Assembly: GCA_050230475.1 (NCBI GenBank)
Contig: JBFLGF010000041.1
Span: 62,001-93,925, forward strand
Origin: Ancylonema sp.
Taxonomy: Eukaryota
Length of the DNA stretch: 31,925 nt
Reading direction: 5' to 3'
The first letter of the stretch is position 1; the number at the start of each line of letters is the position of its first letter. Shown piece after piece: positions 12,688 to 21,840 of the stretch. The notes under the pieces are model-generated. The model saw nothing but the letters and a program-made list of their open reading frames with translations. It did no database searches and had not been told where the DNA came from. The position numbers and the translations under genes are program-made.

Positions 12688-12700
12688 TGGGCCCATAACC
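12688..12700 (-). promoter_or_regulatory. Primer-binding site complementary to the internal (anticodon) half of initiator tRNA-Met
   Basis: GGTTATGGGCCCA on minus, directly abutting the 5' LTR. This is the PBS type known from Drosophila copia, yeast Ty5 and Volvox Osser. Confidence 0.88.
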
Positions 12701-13174
12701 TCATAGCAATGTTACGTGATACGTGTGTGAGATCGAGTGAATCTTTCCGTACAAGGAACTACGTCTCTCAAGAATGATCGATGACAAGTATTGTGTTGGA
12801 AGAATATTATTGAATGGTCGGCATCGTGTGTAGGTATACCACGAATGCCTCGTCCAAAGCAAGAATCTACTACAAAGCGTGCCGACGGTCGTATCGACGG
12901 ACCGTCTGCCTACCAAAACATAACACAACAGTCAGATCCTGACAACGGCACATGCCGGACACAGAGTCTGACAAGACATAACAACGTCTAGATTCGGAAC
13001 CATCTAGACCGCACGTGCTACAATCGGCACAATCGAAACGTCATATTCGGGTGCCCGGACATAAGTCCGGCCCCGCCCCTCAATATAAGCACACCCTAGG
13101 AAAACCCGACCGGTTACACTAACTAGTCCGGACTAGCACACTGGCAAACATGGCTATCCGATATAATTCCTACA
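12701..13174 (-). repeat. 5' LTR of copia element (474 bp)
   Basis: Direct repeat of 6635-7091. On minus it reads TGTAGG...CATTGCTATGA and is followed by the PBS. Confidence 0.93.
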
Positions 13175-13946
13175 CTAGAATCTAACAACAAAAAATAATC
13201 CATAAAACAATAATTTACGATAATCATTACATAAATCCTACTCCTACTTCTACTAGTACTTCTACCACTCCTATTCCTACATCCAACTTGGATGGTTGGA
13301 TGGGGTTTACTAGCGAAAATGTATATGATTTTCGTTGTGCGATGTAGTATCGAATAAATTCCACTTTCACTATTTCACTTTCAAACGACGTCGACCTCGC
13401 CATGTTGTTTGCCTCCGTCAAAATTTTCATACTCACGAGTTAATACCGAAAATAAATACAAGTTCAAAATTTAGCGTATTTTTATGCGTATTTTAGCGCA
13501 CAATACGCGTATGTATCATATGACAATTCAACGTATTGTGCGTAATGTAGAACCTAGGCCGCTTAACATATTTGGAGTCCGTATTGAATAGTTCCTACCC
13601 GTCTCCCTACCGTTCCTTATCCGTGACGGGATGAAAAACGGGTAGCCTACCTCCTACCCGTATTGGGCTGAACCAACACGTGTGGTCCACCCGCGGAGGG
13701 TAGTTATCCCGTTTTCAGCGACGCGGTAAGGATTGGTAGGCTACCACGCAGGTGTGGGACATATAGGTTCCGGGATAGGGGGTAGGGGCCAACACTAGAA
13801 GATTTACAATTTTAAGGAGATTACGCGCAGACTAGTAACAAGATAAGGGTACCGGCTAGTGATTTGGCCGTTAAAAACTTGTCGTCGAATTACCCGGACT
13901 CTCCCGGTACTACAGTCAAACGTGTCTTCATTAATACTGCCTTAAT

Positions 13947-14700
13947 TAATAACCTCTCATGATATATAAAATTTTCCGGTCCCGACCTTGGGCGAGTGTA
14001 ATTATTAACAAACTTCTCAAACGTGATAACTTCCCGGTCCCGCCAATATGCTAACTAACGTGCTTATTAATAACGAACGGAATCCGTGCGTATCCGTACA
14101 AAATATTTGAACGAACTAGAAAAAAAAAAAAAAATGGTGACGGGGGGGGGGGTAGATTCACAAAACCAAATTAAAAAAACCGGATTTTCCCTTAAAAAAA
14201 ACGATTTCTCAACATTTGTTACAGTAATGCGCGGTACAAATATGTAGGGTTGGCTCATGTTAGAACTACGTTTATATCATTACGATTTTGATTATGATTC
14301 CGCTAAAATTCACGTTTGGGTTGATTCTGATTCGATATCAATCTGTTGCCCCTCCTATCTACATAAAAATTGGTTTCAGCATAACAGGATGTTTTTTTTT
14401 TTTTTTTTGGGTTGTTTCTTTTTTCGCGTAACATACAAAAAAAAATTACATAAACATATTCATCGTAAACTTTTGAAGAAAGTTGGGGTATGCACTCGAT
14501 GCGGATAAATCATGACAACCAAGGAAAGTAGTGAAGAAAGCGAGTCGGGTGACGCTGGTTCACGTATAGCAGCGATTGTGCCACGATAAACCGAAATATT
14601 ACCAAGATTAACGCCAACATCGATTTGACATGTGAAGTAAAACCTGTCTCAATTAATAATGTCGGGACCGGAACATATTATTGATTAATACAGGTTATTA
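13947..14700. mobile_element. Degenerate inverted-repeat element, possible Tc1/pogo-like MITE relic
   Basis: TAATAACCT...TTCCGGTCCCGAC at 13947-13986 is mirrored with identical spacing at 14661-14700. TACAGTCAAAC at 13911 resembles a TA+CAGT terminus. No intact right terminus was found. Confidence 0.35.
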
Positions 14701-14824
14701 CCTAAGACGGGATCGGTTCCAAATGACACGCGCTTTCTTGCCATATTATTGTTGCATATACTGTGCTCTATTTTGGTGTCAGGATTATTTTGCGCACATT
14801 TTCTTCAAGAGATATTGAAAGTAA

Positions 14825-15380
14825 CAGTTATGCACCGGGACGGGGCCCGTATTCCGTACATCACGTTTACCGCACGGGGCCGAGAGCAATCTGCCGTCCC
14901 TCGCAAATGCTAACGTCGTATAGATTTGCTAGCAAACGTCCGGAATACGTCGGTGAAATGCGGCAAACGTGTACGGAATGTACGGATGCAAACGATTGCG
15001 ATTGCAAATGTTTGAAATGCGTCCGTGAAATGCGGCAAACGTGTACGGATGCAAACTTTTGCGATCGTAAACGTTCGCGTGTAGTTTTTATTCTTAGCTT
15101 TTTGGAAGTGTCACAAAATATTGGTTACGTTTCAATGGTGAAAGTCATGAACCAATGATGACGAGTCGTACAAACTTTCATACTTTGGTTACCGAAAGTG
15201 TAATACATATAAAATGAATAAATACGTTGCTGACGTTTACAAAACGTTTTCAAATTCGAACGTTTGCAAATGCAAACGTTTTGCAAACGCCGTTTTCAAC
15301 TTTCGCCGTACGCACGTATTCCGTACGTACGCGTTTGCAATACGGAGTTTGCAGGCATGTGCCGTCCCGGTGCATCACTG
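14825..15380. mobile_element. hAT-type MITE (556 bp) with 19-bp TIRs and 8-bp TSD
   Basis: The TIR CAGT(T/G)ATGCACCGGGACGG lies at 14825-14843 and inverted at 15362-15380. The TSD GAAAGTAA is perfect at 14817-14824 and 15381-15388. The interior is rich in GCAAACG/CCGTAC repeats in both orientations. Confidence 0.9.
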
Positions 15381-15832
15381 GAAAGTAAGGTCACACATTG
15401 TGTCTCCGCTTTCAATTAAGTTGCAAATTTGCTCCAGTCGGTTACATTGAAGGGTTGCGGATGACAATAGCCCTAACTGATGTACGGGCTATTGAGCAAG
15501 AGCTTCAGGGTGCAGTAGAGGCAGCATATTGAGTGGAAAGGGATATGACATGAACTCTTTGCAATAAAATATTTTTCAATAATAATTAGGTCAAAGTTCC
15601 GACCTCAATGTCTTAGTACAAAACTGATCAAGATGTTACTTCTCGGATGGACAGCCCACGGCCTCTAAGCGTGTCCACTTGTCACCTACTTGTCAATATA
15701 TCCCAACTAGTGACTACAAGCTCCTTGCGTCCGATCTGCAATTGTTAGTGTTCACCTCTAGGTAGGCGTAGATTTCAAACTGCTCGTAGCTCCAGTAGCA
15801 GCAGCGGTAGAAGGTTGTTGGTGCGTCTTCGA

Positions 15833-17420
15833 CTATTGTTGGCCACGTGTGGTGGGAGCTCCATGAGATTGGCCAGCTCCCCATGCCACTTGTTTGGTAG
15901 GGCGGTTTCTCATCACATGTCCGGTCTGGCCGCACATGTGGAAGTCACGATCGTCACGGCCCGGATATGAAGGAGTAGAAGATGGAGTAGAGGATTGCGG
16001 GAAGGTTGGAGCAAGAGAGAGCAGAGCTCTGTCTCCCAGACTACTGTTGTTGCTGCTGATGCTGGCCTGAGTTCCCCTGTAACAATTGCACCCTCCGCGC
16101 CACGGTCTGCAAGATGAGGTTGGTGACGTTGTTGTTCGCCGGATCCATCCCGAAGTTTCGGAACTCAGCAGCTCTAGCCTGTAAGATATTCTCCGTTGCA
16201 ACAGCTATCGTGCGGATTTGTTCGCGGCTAGCTAAGCTGCAACCAGTCTTCTCACCTCCTCAACTCTATAGTCAGAGTCCATCTCAATCTTGACCGCCCT
16301 AGGTAGGGCGTTGTAGAGCCGCAGCGCACCCTCTCTCGGCACAATCCGTCCGGACTGCTCACAGGTAGTAGCATCATCATCGATCGTGTTGAAGATCGCA
16401 TGGACGGAGTCTTCTTGGTCCACCTGAAAGTCACGTAGCCTGTTGAAGGCCGCGGTAACATCGTTGATGAACCGCACACGGATGGCAACGAAGAAGGATT
16501 CGATGTCGTCTGGTTCAAAAGACGCAGGCGGATGAGGAGGATCTGCTCGGTCCGGAGGGTTTGCTTCTTCCTGCCGGTAGGTCATCCATGCAATGCGGGC
16601 AGCAGCTCTCACTCCTTGCCGGGCATGGTCCGCATGACCTGCAAGAAAGACACCAATTCCTTTTGTGACATGTTTGTCACGACGTCTGAGATCGTTACCT
16701 ATTTTACCCCTAATATCTACTAAATCTCTCCCGATGATAAATCACGTCCGCGCCGCGCCATGTTATGAGTTCCGCCGCGCTACAACTTCCGCCCCGCTCG
16801 CCGGCCCCGCTCCCGAGCTCTAGTTGTCAGCCTGCGCCCCCGCTCAATATTTGAATTAGATTTGCTTAGCATTTATTAGCCGTCGATCCGACGTGGCACT
16901 TTTGTAAATAGTCACCGATCAACTTGTGATAATTGCTATCCGTCGATGAATATCCGACGATAGAGATTGTAAATAATACATTTGCGCGCGAGACTTATTT
17001 CTGAAATTGAATTGTAGATCGTCACGCGTCTAACGTCGTCTGTACAGTTTGAATAAAACCTTGTGATCGAAACTCATAGTTCATCTTTCGCTGAATCTAA
17101 CGCTCACGAGACTTGCATACCAATCTTGCCTCTCGTGTAATCCGTATCTTTGTCTACTGTGCTTTGTAGTAAAGTCCGCGAACATCTATGAAGAAGTCAG
17201 TCTGTTGGGATCCAACATCCCCGTTGTAGTAGGGATTTTGGTCAGACTCTTCTTCTAAAATGTGTTGTCTCTGAAGAACCACCCGCGGAGCTAGCGGTGA
17301 TGTGATGTCTTCCGTCTCGTGAGTTGGGGAGTCAGACCAAGATACTGCAGGTCCTAACGCCAATGTGATGTCTAATAAACTACGAGCTAACCGGTCACCA
17401 CCGCTACGTCGCCATGACAT
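15833..17420 (-). pseudogene. Gag-like retroelement relic with degenerate CCHC knuckle (probably Ty3/gypsy-type; no pol recognised)
   Basis: A frame open from ~16741 to 16232 is capsid-like (FFVAIRVRFINDVTAAFNRLRDFQVDQEDSVH..RLYNALP). It is followed by a Ser/Pro-rich linker and FHMCGQTGHVMRNRP, a decayed CX2CX4HX4C. The upstream fragment 17420-17154 may be Gag N-terminus. Confidence 0.55.
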
Positions 17421-17752
17421 TCAGCGATCATGTGCGTAGGAGGTAGGTTCGTCGTGCTTAAGCAGACCCAGTTGATAGCTATAAATTTGTCGATATCCTA
17501 TCCAATGCAATGGAAGCCCTTGGATTCCTAGATACGCCGTGAGGTGGCGATCTATTCGGCTAGTGGGTCTTCCTGCCCACCTCTAAAGCAACGCAGCGCA
17601 GCGCTGTCGAGCGGAGCTAACAAGACACGTGCAAGGAAACGATGGAGACTCCGGGATGTTATCGAGAAAGTTAGGGTACAACGCTCTACCTGTCCCTAAT
17701 CTAGTACAATGGGTAAGGCCCCCACGCACGTGAAAAATCGGCGCCAAGCACT

Positions 17753-18164
17753 TGTCGTAACGCTTACGAACAAATATACTCTAGCCAATCAGAACCCAGG
17801 TTGTCCGTCTTACGGTCACGCGTTACATGGGTGACATGTAACTCGCTATAACGTATGCAAGCTACTTTGGTTATGACAAGGGCGTATCCGCCAGTAACCT
17901 GTCGGCTACAACGGGGGCGTATCCGTTATAAGCTACTGATCCCTAGCGCTACGACGAGGACGTTACAACTAGAGCACGTTATGTCTTTGTTAGACCCCTC
18001 CCTCGCGAGGGTGGAGGTGACGCACTCGTTGGGGGTGGCGCCACATATGCCCTTGAGTGTTGTTTTGCTATGTTTATTGTGCATTTGTATTCCAAACGTG
18101 TGGTGCATTCATCAATATCTATGGATCCGTCGCTAGGACTTTGTCAAATTAACACAATATGACA
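17753..18164 (-). repeat. Possible single LTR of the Gag relic
   Basis: Ends TGTCGTA...TATGACA (6/7 inverted match), and a TGGCGCC-like motif follows on minus at ~17746-17740. No second copy or TSD was found. Confidence 0.25.
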
Positions 18165-19244
18165 TTTTCGCCAAACCCTTCCTCTTGGAAGTCACTTTTA
18201 ACAACGGAGTTACGCATTTTTTTCAGGCTTCCGTAGAAAAGTATAATTTATTTCATCCCTGGTCTCTAGTGTTTTTCTTCTATATGTTTTCTTGAAGCGT
18301 ACCCGGCGTTTGTTTTTCTTATGTTGGCAAATGCAGTAACGTTGTGCCTCTCAAAGTTCACCCCCTAACATCACTATTTAACCTTTTGTTGTTTTTTATT
18401 TTATTTTTGTGGTGGTACCTCGATCAAGAAATACTTCAAGTAGGGTGTACCCGCCCTCCGGGCGAACCATTTCCTCTCTTCTCCGCCTGTAGTCGGAACC
18501 GCCCGGGTGAATTTCCTGGTTCGCGCCGGTTCCGGGTTTACTTCATCCGTCGTACGGCCAAACTCAACCCTGCCGTACCCAGAACCCTTCCGCCCCACCA
18601 AGACGAAGCAGCAGCCTTGCTCACTCACGTACGTTGCCTGACGTTATAGGCCCCCTCTCTCTACTCGATTGCCGCGTCCGGTCCAGTCCTTCCGCCCGCC
18701 TGAACTGAAGTACGCCGCGGATGTGTGGGTGTCCAGTATACTTTTATAAAATCTGTTGTAATTAGTATCTCCACGCAGCCCATTGCGAAGAGTTAGGCAG
18801 TTTTGCCAGCAAGTCGGTCTTAGATCGACAAGCCTTTTTAATCAAAGTGAGTAGAATCTTCATCTTTGGTAGAGTTTCATATGTGCCACTTTTTATTTCG
18901 TCCAGTGCATGACCATCAGCTGGCTATCTCTCTCGCAGTGAGCATCTTCTCGCATGCTTTCTGCCAATTCAGTCCGTTTTGTGATAGCCTTATCTTGATG
19001 AACACCTTCCGTGTTCTTATCCGAAGCCTGTCTTCTGGTTTGTGGTGTCAGGCAGAAGTCCGCGTTACACAGGAGAGATGTATCGCTTTTCCAACTATTT
19101 GAGTATGCAAATTAGCAGGGGGAGGGAAGACCCGGTTCCGGTCTAAACGAATATACAAGTGTCGAGGTGAGAATGGGTCCCATAACTGAATAACAACAGA
19201 GTGGGGCGAGCTGGACCGTCTACGTCCGCCGTCATACTCTGGGC

Positions 19245-19275
19245 CATGTCGCATGTCGCATGTCGCATGTCGCAT
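19245..19275. repeat. Heptamer microsatellite (CATGTCG)x4
   Basis: Directly visible ~420 bp upstream of the Nudix ATG. Confidence 0.9.
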
Positions 19276-19693
19276 CGATGGTAATTGGCAAACGTGTCGC
19301 ATTTTTGTACATGGGTTTCTTGCACCTCGTCCTTTCTATTCCCAGATTTACATATTTCGAGTGATGATTAGGAAATTCTGTGTATTGATGACGACAGGTA
19401 GCCATCCCCCACGCCAGCCACGGGGTAGTCATTAGGGATGCGGGAGTTGCTCACGTTGTAGGACACACGTGCGAAGGAGTAGGTGTTTCTGCACAGACAG
19501 CATGAGAAATCTGTTCCAAATCCGTTGTTCCCTGCTGTAAGCGAGTGTAGCTCATTTTCGGAAACATCTGGCAGTAGTTCCTGTTCGATTCTTGGATATT
19601 TTGGCGGAGAGGCGGTTGCACTTGGGAGCCCCTCTATCAGGGGCTTCTTTTCGTGTGGCCCACTCTCCCAGTCCGCCTTTCTGCCCGACTTGG

Positions 19694-21327
19694 ATGGCCG
19701 GGCAGAACGTTCTGGTAGCTCGAACTGGTCGGAAATATCAGCGGTACGACAATGGCGTCCGGCTCGTGGCTGGGTAAGTTGCTGACGTGGCGGGGACGGT
19801 TGCTGACGTGGCCGGGTATGTTGTTGACGCGGCCGGCCATCAAGCATACCCACTCCGTATCCAGTCCTCGCACACACGCGACCTGACTCCTGACTCTCAT
19901 TCTGGCGCACGTGTGGAATTTCAATAATCACATACACCACATACTCGTCCCAAAAAAAAAACTTTTGTCATGTGTCCATGGCGTTTTTTCCTCTTCGTTT
20001 CAGCACCTCGTTTTCCTTGCATTCGGGCCATACTTCCTTCCTGAATGGCACTTCCTCCGTGATTATTGTGATGATTGTGGGCCTTTCTTTTCGGTCTGTG
20101 TTTGCCAGGTGCATACCCTACAGAGTGAAGTCAGCCACAGTGGTCCTCCCAGGCCCAGGGAAGATGAAGGTGGAACCAGACATGATCGAGGTGCTCATGA
20201 TCTCCTCTCAGCGGGGGGAGGGCCTTCTGTTCCCTAAGGTGAGATCACACAACCTCCACTCTCTTCACCTACCAGGTAGGCTTAGGATTCCATGTCTGAG
20301 TATCAGAATTTCCTCCTTGTGTGTTCTTTTTATTAAGTTTGTTGTGGGGTGTGTGTGTGTGTGTGTGTGTGCAGGGTGGTTGGGAGACAGATGAGACCGC
20401 CGAAGAGGCCGCTGTGAGGGAGGCCATGGAGGAGGCAGGAGTGAGAGGGAAAGTGGAGGTAAGGGAGGCTTTGGATTACAGAATACTATATACTTGATGT
20501 TGAATGTGGAATGTTGAATGTTGAATGTTCTATCTAGGGACAATGCTATGTTTTATGCTAGTAATCGAGCTTTGTAGCAGAGAAAATGGCTGGTGTCCAT
20601 AGGTGACTGTAGCCAAAGAAAACCAGAAAAAGCCCCCTCTGTATAGGCACAAGTGCTTTCATATCCAGCAGTCCCACTGTTCGGGCCCAAATTGATGCCT
20701 ATAAAGAGGGATGTACTGTAGATCATCAAAGGTAGTCAACTCGGCTGGGAGAAGCCTAAGGCTCTCTCTCTCTCTCTCTCTGGTTCTCTCTCTGCAGGGC
20801 TTGGTTGGTCAATATGACTTCAAGAGCAAGAGAACGCGCAGCGAGGTCTGTCAGCATGGGGACTGCCGGTGCTTTGTGTACCTACTGGCGGTGACGGAAA
20901 TGATGGAGGTGTGGCCAGAGCAAGACACCAGGAGAAGGGAATGGGTAAGCGACCAGGCAGGGGGCAGGGGGCATGAGGGGTGGAGTCAAGCTGTGGTATT
21001 TGGTATGTATTTGTATGGGGGTCTTTTTACGGCAATGGGTGTGAAGGGTCGCAAGATGATCAAGTCCAGCTAGTTGACTTAACGTGATTTGTGTGGTGTT
21101 GGATCGATTTTGTGCACTCGCAGTCTCTGGTATCATGGTTACGTAGCTGAAACTCTTGAGTGTGTTTTTTGTCGTGGATGCAGATGTCTCTTGGGAGTGC
21201 TTTGGAGCAATGTCGACATGATTGGATGGGAGAGGCACTGCGACAGTGGCGCGACGTAATGACCACCGACAAACTGCCGGTGGAGGAAAGTTTCCTTGGC
21301 AGGGCAGGCCAACCGCTATGTTTGTAG
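19694..21327 (+). CDS. NUDT16: Nudix hydrolase, plant NUDT16-like (DIPP/Ap6A-type subfamily), 194 aa, 5 exons
   Basis: Exons 19694-19773, 20109-20238, 20375-20458, 20798-20944, 21184-21327 (GT-AG, 585 nt in frame). Protein: MAGQNVLVARTGRKYQRYDNGVRLVAGCIPYR..EVLMISSQRGEGLLFPKGGWETDETAEEAAVREAMEEAGVRG..YDFKSK..WPEQDTRRREW..CRHDWMGEAL. The Nudix box GX5EX7REUXEEXGU is intact. The exact paralogue within the plant NUDT12/13/16/17/18 group is uncertain. Confidence 0.92.
19778..19840 (+). promoter_or_regulatory. Three 21-bp tandem units carrying TGACGTGGC (bZIP/ABRE-core-like) in Nudix intron 1
   Basis: GTTGCTGACGTGGCGGGGACG / GTTGCTGACGTGGCCGGGTAT / GTTGTTGACGCGGCCGGCCAT. The repeat is seen directly; the regulatory role is inferred. 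Confidence 0.45.
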
Positions 21328-21840
21328 ATCCAGAACTGACCCTAGTGTGCTGATGGCCCTCAACAGGGTACCCCTGTAGGACTCCGACAGTCTGTTGCCT
21401 GGTGCTTGTCACCAGGGTCGACCATGGGAGATGGTAAATAGGCCATTCAGTCATTTTGCTGATCAGGACACCCGAGTTCAGATGTGATGCTGGAGGAGTG
21501 TGGTCCGAATCAGGTGTCTTAGGTGCTGGAAAAGTATGTTAAAGCAGGGGAAGGTTTGCGTCAAATTGTGCACAACTTGAAGATGGTAGGTTACATTTTG
21601 TTTGTTTTCGCCACAGGATCACGTGGACACAGTGGTCTTTTTCGTGGCATACGACATTTTTCTTTTGGGTTTTCATTACTTCTTGTTCCTGACTATCCCA
21701 TAATATCCCGAAATACATAATAAAGAAAGATTATGAAGTTCCACAACAGCGATGATGGATTGTTAAAAACAATGATGGTATTATATTTCAGGACATCCGG
21801 TTCCATTAATTTCTTACGAGCTTCAGAACCAAACATAAAC

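Larger units (their letters stand above)
6635..13174 (-). mobile_element. Full-length Ty1/copia LTR retrotransposon, decayed
   Basis: Two LTRs (6635-7091, 12701-13174) with a 5-bp TSD CTAGA at 6630-6634 and 13175-13179. A PBS and a PPT are present. Domain order on minus is Gag-PR-IN-RT-RNaseH. Confidence 0.96.
5469..13797. mobile_element. Outer non-autonomous TIR element (hAT-like, ~0.7 kb once nested inserts are removed) hosting a MITE and the copia element
   Basis: GTGTTGGCCCCTACCC at 5471-5486 is the exact reverse complement of 13780-13795, extendable to T(T/A)GTGTTGG... Subterminal CTACCC/GGTAG motifs occur at both ends (5480-5507, 6571-6600, ~13595-13790). The flanks CTCCCACC and GAAGATTT do not form a TSD. 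Confidence 0.6.

Noticed and set aside
18400..19100. Coding-looking minus-strand fragments
   Set aside because: Stops occur in the frames I read, I recognise no motif, and I could not build a splice model. It may be decayed TE sequence; needs tBLASTx.
19368..19940. 190-aa minus-strand ORF
   Set aside because: Antisense to Nudix exon 1 and its upstream region, with no recognisable domain.
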